DNA of 64,000 bases, from the IMG/VR virus record IMGVR_UViG_3300044856_000216, positions 96,001-160,000 of that record; one strand, 5' to 3'. Below are positions 16,613 through 26,414 of this stretch, piece after piece. The notes beneath the pieces are model-generated. The model made no database searches, was not told the origin of the DNA, and saw only the letters and a list, made by a program, of their open reading frames with translations. A program made the translations under genes and the position numbers. Each line of letters begins with the position of its first letter. The first letter of the stretch is position 1. Source of the stretch: a virus.

Positions 16613-16856
16613 TGCCCAAAATACACCAACACTCTCTAACGTTCGTATTGCCTCAAATAAGCCATTTTAATTTTTAGTCAACAATCTCTCCACACACTTT
16701 CTTTTACATACCTTAAAAGCCAAAATACAAGATTATATTTTTTAACTTCAAATCCCAAACCATACAATATAGCCAAATATATCATCAATAATGCAACGTA
16801 TTTTATACAAAATGTATAACATTCATTCTCATAATACCCTCTACAAGCTGAAAATC

Positions 16857-16886
16857 TACTGTCCTGACAGTGTGTAGAAAATTCTA
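16857..16886 (+). promoter_or_regulatory. 30-nt conserved intergenic element, copy A (hairpin TACTGT-n4-ACAGTG plus AGAAAATTCTA)
   Basis: 25/30 identical to 20794-20823. Confidence 0.5.
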
Positions 16887-17094
16887 ACCTACTACCCTTA
16901 CACTTTATTGGCTAAACAATATATTTTTCAAATCTACTATTCCAATAAGAAAAAATAACAATATATGTAATATGTGCGTATATGCGTATATGCGCCAGCA
17001 TAGATATAGTCCCTTGATAGGGACGGTCTTTTCGCAGCGTTAGCAAGAAAAGAATATCTTTAGGGTAGACAACTGATAACAAGCCAATATCAAA

Positions 17095-17112
17095 ATAGAG
17101 AATAATATGTCA
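17095..17112 (+). promoter_or_regulatory. GAGAATAA motif copy
   Basis: AATAGAGAATAATATGTC, 26 nt upstream of ATG 17124. Confidence 0.45.
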
Positions 17113-17123
17113 AGGAGGCAAAC

Positions 17124-17558
17124 ATGATCAAATTACAAAAATATTCATATCTTTCTCATAAATATTTAATATTAGATACAATTGAAGATTGCTTTTCTAA
17201 AAAAGATCTTAATTTTATGCATATACCACGAGAAGAAATAGGATATATAGAATTTATTCGCAAGGATAAAATCATAATCATTTCATATCTACACATTTAC
17301 ACTTCATATAGACATAAACATTATGGTTATCAGGTAATAGATTATTTATTTTCTCATTATAAGTTCAAATGTATCGTAGGTGAAACTTTAAAAGAATCAA
17401 GAGGATTTTGGAACAAGTGCATACGTAAATATAATGGCATGAGAAGAAATATCTATTACAGTGACAATTGCACTTCATTATTTGTTATTCCAAGACAAAA
17501 AATAAGCTATAAGCAGATATGGGATCTATTGGATTACTCATATAACATAATTTATTAA
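17124..17558 (+). CDS. hypothetical protein (weak GNAT-like motif)
   Basis: GGAGG-5 nt-ATG. ...YLHIYTSYRHKHYGYQVIDYL... loosely resembles acetyltransferase motif A. Confidence 0.65.
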   Translation: MIKLQKYSYLSHKYLILDTIEDCFSKKDLNFMHIPREEIGYIEFIRKDKIIIISYLHIYTSYRHKHYGYQVIDYLFSHYKFKCIVGETLKESRGFWNKCIRKYNGMRRNIYYSDNCTSLFVIPRQKISYKQIWDLLDYSYNIIY

Positions 17559-17621
17559 GAAATATATTGGAATGAATTATGATCAAAAGAGAAAATAATG
17601 TATTAAAAAAGGAGGAATTGT

Positions 17622-17999
17622 ATGATTACAGAAAACGAAATACCAAAATATCTCAAGCAGAAAGAAAGTAATATCTCAAAGAGTAATCGTAAATCAAAGC
17701 ACAAACATCATTATGAAGAATGTCTGATTCAATACAGAACCACATTTATAGGAAAAACTTGTCTTAATACAGGTTTATATACCTACTGTACTATTTGTGG
17801 AAAAATAAATGAGCGATTCAAGGAAAATAAATCTATTGTAAAAGATTATATCAGAACAGTAGATACTCCAATAGGTAAATGTTACTCTCATATTCCTGGC
17901 GAGGAATTATATGAAAAATATCATGACAAATTACCAGTATTCTTTGTAGAGGATATTTTTAAAGAGAAGTATGTTGATTTGGAGCAAAATAATAATTAA
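17622..17999 (+). CDS. hypothetical Cys/His-containing protein
   Basis: AAAGGAGG-6 nt-ATG. ORF track. Confidence 0.7.
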   Translation: MITENEIPKYLKQKESNISKSNRKSKHKHHYEECLIQYRTTFIGKTCLNTGLYTYCTICGKINERFKENKSIVKDYIRTVDTPIGKCYSHIPGEELYEKYHDKLPVFFVEDIFKEKYVDLEQNNN

Positions 18000-18017
18000 A
18001 AAGAGAATAGAATTATA
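18000..18017 (+). promoter_or_regulatory. GAGAATAG motif variant
   Basis: AAAGAGAATAGAATTATAGG. One mismatch in the core. Confidence 0.35.
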
Positions 18018-18117
18018 GGTACGTCATATATGTACCCAAATGAAACCATCAATCCAAAACACCATGTACCTAAATCAATCAATAACAATCAAATAAAAGA
18101 AAGAAGGAATTATTATA

Positions 18118-19119
18118 ATTGGGGTATATTCTATAACAAATTTGAAAACTAAAAAATTATATATTGGAGAAAGTCTTGATATTGATAAAAGATGGATTAA
18201 TCATAAAAATGATCTTTTAAATAACCAACACGCTAATTATTATCTTCAACAAGATTTTAATAAGTTTGGGAAGGCATTTTTTAAATTTGAAGTTCTGCAA
18301 GAAGTTGAAAGAGATAGTATCACTATTACTCAATCCAAATTATTGATGTTAGAAAATGCTTATATAGAAAAATATAAAAATGAAGATTATGAATTATATA
18401 ACATAGAAAATACACTAGAAGATGTTCTTTCAAATAAAAGGAAATTATTGGTTTGCGAAGAAATTGCAAATTATGTTGTAGTGTCTCAATTTTTAAAAAA
18501 TAAATATGTATATGATTATACAAATAAAAGATTTAATTATTGTCAAAGAGATACAATTGAAAATTTAATATTATCTAATTCTTCCATCAAAGGGAAAGAA
18601 AAAGCAAAGCAAGTTGCAAACATAATATTAAAAGAGTTAATTGATCAGAATCTATATGAAAACTTTATAATAGAAAACACTTACTCTATTTATCTATATC
18701 ATAAAATTCAAGAACGTAAAATTATAGAAATTAATTCTAAAGGTCGAGAATATATATTAAGTCATTATGACTTTAATTCGTTTTTATTAAGAAAAAGAAC
18801 TTCTGAAGCCAAATTTTATATACAACAATATCCCTCTGAAAAGAAAATTAAACCAGAAGATCAAAATAGAATACAAGATGTTTGGCATAAACTTAAAGAT
18901 AAATGCATTCTACCACCAGAAAATAAATACAATGATTTTCGAGATATGCTTATAAAATTAAATTTAATTATTATTGATAATAATAAGAGAACACGAGCAA
19001 CTGAATTTGCAATGAAAAATAAATATTTTTTAGTTGTTAAATATAATAAAGCTAAAGATATTTATCAATATGTTATATCTCAAGATGGTTTAAGGTATAT
19101 TTTAGCAAATATAAAATAA
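18118..19119 (+). CDS. GIY-YIG homing endonuclease (I-TevI-like), non-canonical AUU/AUA start
   Basis: (I)GVYSITNLKTKKLYIGESLDIDKRWINHKNDL...YELYNIENT aligns with the I-TevI N-terminus. The GIY motif (18121-) lies upstream of the first canonical start (TTG 18142). The only in-frame candidates after the stop at 18094 are ATT/ATT/ATA/ATT at 18109-18120. Start position is +/-9 nt. Confidence 0.8.
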   Translation: MGVYSITNLKTKKLYIGESLDIDKRWINHKNDLLNNQHANYYLQQDFNKFGKAFFKFEVLQEVERDSITITQSKLLMLENAYIEKYKNEDYELYNIENTLEDVLSNKRKLLVCEEIANYVVVSQFLKNKYVYDYTNKRFNYCQRDTIENLILSNSSIKGKEKAKQVANIILKELIDQNLYENFIIENTYSIYLYHKIQERKIIEINSKGREYILSHYDFNSFLLRKRTSEAKFYIQQYPSEKKIKPEDQNRIQDVWHKLKDKCILPPENKYNDFRDMLIKLNLIIIDNNKRTRATEFAMKNKYFLVVKYNKAKDIYQYVISQDGLRYILANIK

Positions 19120-19315
19120 AATTTTTAAATTTACAGAGTAATTTGTGAAACAAATTGCGCTGTAAATAGTCTGTCTTATTAAATAAGTTATATATCTTCT
19201 TTCAGTTCAGTTGACCTACACAAAAGTGTAGTCAAAATTCTCATATTTTAAAATTGGACGTACACAAAAGTGTAGTTTACTGAACGCTCGTAAAGGCGTT
19301 TCTCTTTAAATAGAA

Positions 19316-19333
19316 ACAGAGAATAAATAAATA
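19316..19333 (+). promoter_or_regulatory. ACAGAGAATAA motif copy
   Basis: ACAGAGAATAAATAAATA, 39 nt upstream of TTG 19358. Confidence 0.55.
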
Positions 19334-19357
19334 TCACATATAAAGGAGTATTTTTAA

Positions 19358-20164
19358 TTGCAACAAAAAATAGAATATTTTACACGTTTCCCTAATGGCT
19401 ATATCCAAGGGAATATCAAAACAAAATATGGAGTTAGTAGGAAATTTTATATCACATACATACTTATAGATAAATACAGATCGTATGAAGACTATAGTTG
19501 GATTACTATTCGTAAAGTAATGGAATTCTATGGCTATAAAACAACCAAACATAAACCAAAAGCATTTCACGAAATTCTCGATGTATTAGAATATATGGTT
19601 AATAATAAAATGATTGAAGTAAAACAAGACCTTGATTCTATAGGATATGATACTGGAATTGAGATTAAGATAATTCCTGAAAATTTTGATCCGTGTAAAG
19701 ATTTTTCAAAACTCACATCATCTCAATATGATTTTATAATGATGAATGAATCTTCTATAAATAGAGAGAATATATTAGTAGCCTTTCTATATATTAATTC
19801 TTATATTTATCTACGACAAAGAGATAAAAATGGCAATGAGCTATCATCAAAACCACAAGACAAGCCAGAAGCCTTTTGGCGAAGTATAGATTCTATGTCG
19901 AAAGAACTTTCTATGTCAAAAGACACAATTAATCAATGTATTCAATATCTCACATCTTCTATTGGCGACAAAGAACCACTTCTAATCAAAAAAGAAGTCG
20001 GTAGTGTTCAGCCTGATCCCAAAAAACCACCACAAAATGTACCAAATATATATGTACTTAATAAAGAAGGATATGAGCAAGAAATTGAATGGGCTATTGC
20101 TAAGATGTTAGAAATCTATAATGTAGACTCATTTGGAGAAATCAAAAACGGCAATAAGTCGTAA
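19358..20164 (+). CDS. hypothetical protein (possible winged-helix DNA-binding / replication-organiser type)
   Basis: AAAGGAG-9 nt-TTG; 268 aa. The function guess is weak. Confidence 0.65.
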   Translation: MQQKIEYFTRFPNGYIQGNIKTKYGVSRKFYITYILIDKYRSYEDYSWITIRKVMEFYGYKTTKHKPKAFHEILDVLEYMVNNKMIEVKQDLDSIGYDTGIEIKIIPENFDPCKDFSKLTSSQYDFIMMNESSINRENILVAFLYINSYIYLRQRDKNGNELSSKPQDKPEAFWRSIDSMSKELSMSKDTINQCIQYLTSSIGDKEPLLIKKEVGSVQPDPKKPPQNVPNIYVLNKEGYEQEIEWAIAKMLEIYNVDSFGEIKNGNKS

Positions 20165-20169
20165 CTAAA

Positions 20170-20187
20170 ACAGAGAATAAACATATG
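20170..20187 (+). promoter_or_regulatory. ACAGAGAATAA motif copy, ending in ATG-TAA
   Basis: ACAGAGAATAAACATATGTAA. Confidence 0.55.
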
Positions 20188-20261
20188 TAACAAATTAACG
20201 CAGCACTCAAAGGAGCTGATCGCAATGAATAATAATTTTAAAACAAAAGGAGAACTAATTA

Positions 20262-20462
20262 ATGAACAGAACTGTAACTATCGAGTCAAAGAACCATAAA
20301 TATGCAAATACATATGGGGGAAATATTTGTATATCAGATTTTTGCACTAATTATGAAGGCAGTCGAAATATTGCAGAACGTATTGAATCTAATTGGCGAT
20401 TTGATAAGGAACATGCAAGAAACAGAGCTATATTAGATGATTATAAGGAGAGACAAAAATAA
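20262..20462 (+). CDS. hypothetical protein
   Basis: AAAGGAG SD. ORF track. Confidence 0.55.
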   Translation: MNRTVTIESKNHKYANTYGGNICISDFCTNYEGSRNIAERIESNWRFDKEHARNRAILDDYKERQK

Positions 20463-20770
20463 TGGCAGATATAAATATGAGTGTATCAATTGAGGAGCAG
20501 GAAATTTGTATTAATGCAATGCGTGATGAAAAGTTTGCAACAATATATGCTTCCGATTCTACATATATTACGAAATTGGACAAGTTATGTAAGGAAAGCC
20601 CTGATATGTACTCTCTTATCGAAGATACAGGTAGAGGTAAAAAATATTTATTAAAGGATAAAACGCTTATCAGCTTTAGGGCAAAGAAAACAACAAGAGT
20701 TATGACAGATGAACAAAAGAAAGCTTCTGCTGAAAGACTCCGCAAGGCTCGTGAGAATAAAAGTGTCTGA
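20462..20770 (+). CDS. hypothetical protein
   Basis: TAATG overlap with the previous gene. ORF track. Confidence 0.6.
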   Translation: MADINMSVSIEEQEICINAMRDEKFATIYASDSTYITKLDKLCKESPDMYSLIEDTGRGKKYLLKDKTLISFRAKKTTRVMTDEQKKASAERLRKARENKSV

Positions 20771-20793
20771 GATACCCTTTCTAGCCAGAAATT

Positions 20794-20823
20794 TACTGTT
20801 CTGACAGTACACAGAAAATTCTA
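20794..20823 (+). promoter_or_regulatory. 30-nt conserved intergenic element, copy B
   Basis: TACTGTTCTGACAGTACACAGAAAATTCTA. Confidence 0.5.
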
Positions 20824-20908
20824 CCATTACTCTTGAAGAAATACTCGTCTAAGAATTACATTTTTCAAATTACAATAAACAACAATAAATAGAAAGAAGG
20901 ATTACATT

Positions 20909-21262
20909 ATGCTGAGAAATTATTATCAAGGAACAATGATTACAGTTGAGTTACCAAAGAATCAATATAAAGGTTATGTGGTTGATTGCGTATACAGATA
21001 TGTCAAGGATATGAATAAGTACGCATTGAGCATGTGGCTTCGTAATACTGAAGTTGACGACAGAATGCAGATTTGCTCACAGGAAATTAATACTCAATAC
21101 ATTACAAGCACAAGAGAGAATATAAAGAAAGATGTGTGTGCAATCGTTGAGCAAGCTGCCAATAGTTCATATTTTGACAAGTCGATTGAGACTTATGAGT
21201 ATACACAGAAATGTTTTGAGCGTGGCAATGCTGAATTTGAGAATGAGGAGAACAGACCATGA
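20909..21262 (+). CDS. hypothetical protein
   Basis: GAAGGA SD. ORF track. Confidence 0.65.
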   Translation: MLRNYYQGTMITVELPKNQYKGYVVDCVYRYVKDMNKYALSMWLRNTEVDDRMQICSQEINTQYITSTRENIKKDVCAIVEQAANSSYFDKSIETYEYTQKCFERGNAEFENEENRP

Positions 21263-21489
21263 GCTGTCCATATTGTAGAGGAATAGGTGAACATGATTAC
21301 AGATGTCCTCTTTGGCAGCCAAGTAAAAAGGCAAAAGTTAAATGTGGTTATTGTGATGAGTATATTCTTGAAGGTGACGATTACGTTGAGATTAATGGAT
21401 GGGCTTATCACAAAGACTGCTTAACTGTTAATAGGTTGCTTGATTTAATGGGAGTTATTACAAAGGAGATGTCGTATGAGTTGGATTAA
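21259..21489 (+). CDS. zinc-ribbon small protein
   Basis: CPYC...CGYC. ATGA overlap with the previous gene. Confidence 0.6.
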   Translation: MSCPYCRGIGEHDYRCPLWQPSKKAKVKCGYCDEYILEGDDYVEINGWAYHKDCLTVNRLLDLMGVITKEMSYELD

Positions 21490-21607
21490 GAAAAAGATAA
21501 AATGGATTATTTATAAGCTTGATAGATTTGTACCTAAGATACATGACTTGCCTGACGTTGTGTATATTAAGTGGATGGGCGAAGAGTTCATTATTAAGAA
21601 GTATTAA
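21476..21607 (+). CDS. 43-aa hypothetical protein
   Basis: Own translation: AAAGGAGATGTCGT-ATG, MSWIKKKIKWIIYKLDRFVPKIHDLPDVVYIKWMGEEFIIKKY*. Confidence 0.4.
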   Translation: MSWIKKKIKWIIYKLDRFVPKIHDLPDVVYIKWMGEEFIIKKY

Positions 21608-21625
21608 ACGGAGAATATATAAATG
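21608..21625 (+). promoter_or_regulatory. GAGAATAT motif copy, ending in ATG-TAA
   Basis: ACGGAGAATATATAAATGTAA, 41 nt upstream of ATG 21652. Confidence 0.5.
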
Positions 21626-21651
21626 TAAAGAAATTTAAAAGGAGGAATCAT

Positions 21652-23079
21652 ATGGTCAATTATGAACCAGAGTTAATGTACGCATTGGATTCTAAAGGTG
21701 AATATGCTGATTGGAAGAATGTTTACAATGTAAGTGGCAGTGACGTACTTTATTGTCCTATTTGTTTAGGAAGAGTCAAACTTTGGAATGGACAAGATCC
21801 AAATAAGACCTATCAAAAACAAAGATGTTTTCATCATATTGATGGAATGTGTTCACAAGAAAGTAGAATCCATTTTGCTTATAAAACATGGTTACTTAAG
21901 CAAGGAAGCAAATTTAAAGTAGGTGAAACTATATATGAAGTTACTAATTCAGAAATCGAAAAAACGTTTCATACTAAATTTGGTGGCTATCGCCCTGATA
22001 TTACTGTAGAAACTACAGAAGGAAAAAGCTTTTATATTGAAATAGCAGATACAAATAAGAAAACCAATGATTATATCGAAAAATGGGATGAGCTTGGATG
22101 TGATGTTTTGGAATTAGATGTAAATGAACAGCTAATAAAAGCTACAATCGCAGGAATTCCAGAATTTAACATCATCTACTCTTCTTCTACTGGCGAATGT
22201 TATATTAAACATTATACGAGACAAGATTATGATGATTTAATCACAGAAAGAAAAATTTATTGGAAACGAAAGGGTCTTATCAAATATAAAATCCAATGGG
22301 AACGATTAGATTGGTTTTGGAAAAAACTCCAAGATTTTTATTCTGGAAATTCTAAAATTAATGTTTTAATTGATGCATTTAGGCAAATGGATTCTGAAGA
22401 CCAACGTTTTATATGTAAAAGGATGCGAGGAAAACACTCATCATTAAAATATGAATTAGAGAATAATTATACTGATAAAAAAGATATTGAAAAAGCTCAT
22501 TTACAACATATTAGTACCACTATTAAAAAGCTTAACCAGGAATTTGGCTATAGTAGTTCTAATCCTTTAGATAGTACATATTTATTTAGAAAAGATAAAC
22601 ATGTTATTTTTAAAGACAGTCCAATATGGGAAAACCGTTCTTATTTATATATTTATAATTATATTACTGAAGAAGATGTTTATAACTATTTTCATCCAAT
22701 TATGGAAGAATATTACAAGGAGCACACAATTCCATTATTAGAGAGTATCCAAAAAAAGAAAATATGCTTTGAAGAAAATGAAAACTATATAAATAACTAT
22801 TTTATTCCTAAATTCAAAAAAATACAAAAACAAATTAATAGATGTTCTAACACTTGTTGGTATGTTAAAAGTTCTGTTACTGTTTATGGATATACTCATG
22901 AATTTAAAATAATTATTAAATTTTTAAATTGTTTTGAGGAACATATATATTTGAATTTTAATGAAAAATCTCAGAATAATATTGATATTAAAAATCTTAT
23001 ATCTTCTAAAATGAATAATATGATTGCTAAAGCAAAAGAAGGATTAAATAGTAATATTAGAATTATGGAGGAACGTTAG
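21652..23079 (+). CDS. CoiA-like (PD-(D/E)xK nuclease-fold) N-terminal domain protein, 475 aa
   Basis: LYCPICLGRV...CFHHIDGMCSQESRIHFAYKTWLL...GGYRPDITVETTEGKSFYIEIADTNKKT...LGCDVLELDV follows the CoiA family pattern. The C-terminal 300 aa are unassigned. Confidence 0.65.
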   Translation: MVNYEPELMYALDSKGEYADWKNVYNVSGSDVLYCPICLGRVKLWNGQDPNKTYQKQRCFHHIDGMCSQESRIHFAYKTWLLKQGSKFKVGETIYEVTNSEIEKTFHTKFGGYRPDITVETTEGKSFYIEIADTNKKTNDYIEKWDELGCDVLELDVNEQLIKATIAGIPEFNIIYSSSTGECYIKHYTRQDYDDLITERKIYWKRKGLIKYKIQWERLDWFWKKLQDFYSGNSKINVLIDAFRQMDSEDQRFICKRMRGKHSSLKYELENNYTDKKDIEKAHLQHISTTIKKLNQEFGYSSSNPLDSTYLFRKDKHVIFKDSPIWENRSYLYIYNYITEEDVYNYFHPIMEEYYKEHTIPLLESIQKKKICFEENENYINNYFIPKFKKIQKQINRCSNTCWYVKSSVTVYGYTHEFKIIIKFLNCFEEHIYLNFNEKSQNNIDIKNLISSKMNNMIAKAKEGLNSNIRIMEER

Positions 23080-23080
23080 T

Positions 23081-25948
23081 ATGACAAACAATAACGGAGT
23101 TTACATACCATCTATTGATGCAAAGGATATTTATTTATCAGCACATTACATTGAGGAAAATCCAGAAGGATATAATTTAAAGCTTAAAGATGGACAATAT
23201 AATTTACGAAAATTTATTAACACACTTGATTATAGCTTGGATCTTATAGAACTAAAAGATATTTATTATAGAAAATTCAGGAAACATGATTTTTCATTTA
23301 GAATTAAAAAACACGATTATTCTGTAAATGTAATTAATCTCACATTTAAGTATTCTGTAAAAGAATGGAATCAGATGAACAAAAATACTTTTGTCAGACT
23401 TGGATACGATTATAGGAATCTCTCTTTCGAAGATGGTATTGCTAAAAATAGTGAAGGTGAAATTGTCGGAATTAAGACGAATGAAAAAATTGAAAACCCA
23501 ATTGATATACCAAAGCCATTTGTTAAAAAGCAGGTAAATATCTATGATAAAAAGGATAAAACTGTTATTAAAGAGATTCAAAAGCAGTACCATAAAAAAG
23601 GCGAACCTAAGACTATAAAGACAAATGCAGAACTTAGAACTGAGTTGTATAAAGATGGATTTATCTGCAATGGTACTAAATATTGTCGAATGAAACGCTC
23701 TACTGGTTCAGCAAGAGTTGGTAAATGTCTCTTTATCAGAGAAGATTTATATGAACCAATTTTAAAATTCAGTTCAGGCGGTCTTAAATACAGCCAAGGA
23801 GATCCGATTGATTTAGCTGCATATGAGGGATATATTGCTCTCCCATCTAGTAGCATTATTGATACCATTCCAATTAAACCAGAAAATATTCTTTTAATTG
23901 ATGATTATGACAGCGTGTTTAATGAGGACGTAATCGAGACTCATGATGAAGATGGATGGCTTAAAACTACTGAAAAGAATTGTGAAATTACAAATACAAT
24001 TTGGGATGGTCAGTCTCTTATGGATATATCTCTATTTGGTGATTATTCAGAATATGGTATGCTTCTACTTAGAAATCTAATGTTCAAGTCTTGTTGTTTC
24101 AACTGTAATATCCAACAATGGTTTAAAGATAATAATATAACAGATGTGTCTCAGCTTAATGGTAAAACAAGAGCTACACGCATTGAAGATGTAAAGTTAA
24201 TTACCACACCTAACAGTATTAAATATTTGAAATTTAGTACATGGGATGAATGGCTTGACCACTTATATCCTGATTTTGGTGTTGTAAAGCATGATAAGAA
24301 AACTCACTTCTTTGGCGGTCGTTTGGTACAGACTCATTATCAGTTGCTCAATACCCTTCAGATGTCAAAAGATGAAGTAAGAGAATTCTTGCAAGAATCA
24401 TTTGACTTCGCACAAATGCTTAGAGATAGACCAGAAGTTGTACGCTATTACATTAAATATCCTGATATTGATGAAATGTCACCTATGGATAAACCTATGA
24501 GTAGCAAGAATGATGTGGTTTATAATTTAATGTGTGTAAATGATAATTTTACCAAGACAAAATATTATCAAGACTTTTTACATGATTTATTGGCATCATA
24601 TTACAAGAATCTTAAAAATGGACATATTTATGTAAATGGCAATTATTCTACTCTTCTTGGTAATCCAATAGAGATGCTACAGCAATCAATCGGTAAGTTT
24701 GAAGGAAAAAGTCAAATTGGAATTGGTAATATACATAGTACACGCTTTGAATATAATAAAACTCTTCTTGCCAGTCGTTCACCTCATGTTACAATTGGAA
24801 ACATTTGGCTTCCATATAATACAGAGAATAAATTGATAGATTGCTATCTCAATCTTACAAATGAAATTGTGTGTATTAATTCCATTGGAGAAAATGTATT
24901 ACAGAGACTATCGGGTGCTGATTTTGACAGTGATACAGTAATGTTGACAGATAATGAAAAACTCATTCGTGCAGCAAAAAGAAACTATCAGTTGTTTAAA
25001 ACACCAACTGCGAATGTTGATTCTACGAAGAAAAAAAGATATTATACACCAGAACAGCAAGCAGATCTTGACATCAAAACATCTGTAAATAAAATCGGTG
25101 AGATTGTTAATCTATCTCAGGAATTAAATTCTTTACTTTGGGATAAGATGTATCATGGTGCTACTTATAATGATATTAGGGAGTTATATTATGATATATG
25201 TCAATTAGATGTAATGTCTGGAATTGAAATTGATAAGGCAAAGAAAGAATTTATTATCAACAACGGTAAAGAGTTAGATAAACTACGTGAAAAGTATGAT
25301 GAACTTTTGCGTGAGTATGAAGAGAATGAAGAAGGCGAATTAGTAAGAGGCAAAAAGCGTATGCCACACTTCTTTTCTCATATTTCTAAGCAAAAGGGAT
25401 ATTATAATCCTGATAAAAAACATTATTGTAAATGTCACACTTCAATGGACTATTTACAGACTATTATTAATGGATTCAAAATTAAGAATCCATATAAGAA
25501 GGATTGGCTTCCATTTGTATCTATATTAGACAACTCTTTATTTAGGACATCTAGCATAAATCAAAAACAGATAAATCGAATTTATAGTATTTTAAAGAAA
25601 TACATAAATGAAAGGAAAAATATATTTGCCATTGATTCTGACTCAAAAGAAGAACGAAATGATAAAGCAAATAAGCTTAAAGTTGATTTAATTGCAGATA
25701 TTGAATCAGAAACAATTGGTTTTTCAACATTATATCGTTTACTTTCTTCTCTTGAAGATAAAGAAAATTCTCAAATCAAAAATCTTTTATTAGAAGTTTT
25801 GTATCTTTGTGGTAATGATAGTTTTAATAAAGCTGTTATCCAATCTAAAAATGAAATTCTCCAATTAGAAGATAATGGATCTGACATTAAATTATTTAAT
25901 ATTGGGTTTAAAATTACAAAAAAACAAGTAAATTCGGAAATCGAGTAA
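23081..25948 (+). CDS. YonO-like single-subunit two-barrel (DPBB) DNA-dependent RNA polymerase
   Basis: SRSPHVTIGN (nt 24773-24802) lies ~40 aa upstream of GADFDSD (nt 24914-24934). This is the same arrangement as NRAPTLHRLG...NADFDGD of RNAP beta-prime and of YonO/RdRP-type enzymes. 955 aa. An HU-like gene lies downstream, as with yonN/yonO in SPbeta. Confidence 0.75.
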   Translation: MTNNNGVYIPSIDAKDIYLSAHYIEENPEGYNLKLKDGQYNLRKFINTLDYSLDLIELKDIYYRKFRKHDFSFRIKKHDYSVNVINLTFKYSVKEWNQMNKNTFVRLGYDYRNLSFEDGIAKNSEGEIVGIKTNEKIENPIDIPKPFVKKQVNIYDKKDKTVIKEIQKQYHKKGEPKTIKTNAELRTELYKDGFICNGTKYCRMKRSTGSARVGKCLFIREDLYEPILKFSSGGLKYSQGDPIDLAAYEGYIALPSSSIIDTIPIKPENILLIDDYDSVFNEDVIETHDEDGWLKTTEKNCEITNTIWDGQSLMDISLFGDYSEYGMLLLRNLMFKSCCFNCNIQQWFKDNNITDVSQLNGKTRATRIEDVKLITTPNSIKYLKFSTWDEWLDHLYPDFGVVKHDKKTHFFGGRLVQTHYQLLNTLQMSKDEVREFLQESFDFAQMLRDRPEVVRYYIKYPDIDEMSPMDKPMSSKNDVVYNLMCVNDNFTKTKYYQDFLHDLLASYYKNLKNGHIYVNGNYSTLLGNPIEMLQQSIGKFEGKSQIGIGNIHSTRFEYNKTLLASRSPHVTIGNIWLPYNTENKLIDCYLNLTNEIVCINSIGENVLQRLSGADFDSDTVMLTDNEKLIRAAKRNYQLFKTPTANVDSTKKKRYYTPEQQADLDIKTSVNKIGEIVNLSQELNSLLWDKMYHGATYNDIRELYYDICQLDVMSGIEIDKAKKEFIINNGKELDKLREKYDELLREYEENEEGELVRGKKRMPHFFSHISKQKGYYNPDKKHYCKCHTSMDYLQTIINGFKIKNPYKKDWLPFVSILDNSLFRTSSINQKQINRIYSILKKYINERKNIFAIDSDSKEERNDKANKLKVDLIADIESETIGFSTLYRLLSSLEDKENSQIKNLLLEVLYLCGNDSFNKAVIQSKNEILQLEDNGSDIKLFNIGFKITKKQVNSEIE

Positions 25949-26066
25949 GTCTCAGATAACGAATTTCGTGACCAAATTTATTTTACATAGGAGAGGGTAG
26001 TTTTCTGCTTATTATTTTTTTATGATTACTACCCTACTTCATTGTATTTCAAAGGAGTGATTTACA

Positions 26067-26390
26067 ATACAACAAGAAAAAAAATATTACAATCAACGAT
26101 TTATAATAAATCAAATTCAAAATGATACTGGCTGCTCTGAAAGAGATATTGGAAGAATATTATCGTCTTTGCGAGATTTGGTAAAGGATAAACTTAGTGA
26201 TAGTGAAGATAGTGAATTAAAAATATTCCCTGGACTAAAAGTAACTTCAAGATATATACCAACTGAGCAGTCTAATCTTAATTTCTGTAATAATGGAACA
26301 ATCAATTCTGATTTTCTATTATATCTTGATGGCGAATTCAGCCATAGATTCAAAGAAGAAATAAAACAATTACATAAAGTAAAACAATGA
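26067..26390 (+). CDS. HU/IHF-fold DNA-binding protein, apparent AUA start
   Basis: ...FIINQIQNDTGCSERDIGRILSSLRDLVKDKLSDSEDSELKIFPGLKVTSRY... fits HU helix1-helix2-beta arms. Helix 1 lies upstream of the first canonical start (TTG 26169). In-frame stop at 26058. AAAGGAG-9 nt-ATA at 26067. Confidence 0.6.
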   Translation: MQQEKKYYNQRFIINQIQNDTGCSERDIGRILSSLRDLVKDKLSDSEDSELKIFPGLKVTSRYIPTEQSNLNFCNNGTINSDFLLYLDGEFSHRFKEEIKQLHKVKQ

Positions 26391-26414
26391 AATCAGCTTT
26401 TCTTGGCTGATAAA

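Noticed and set aside
26117-26353. 78-aa minus-strand ORF opposite the HU-like gene.
   Set aside because: The plus-strand frame gives a recognisable HU fold. The minus-strand ORF has no SD.
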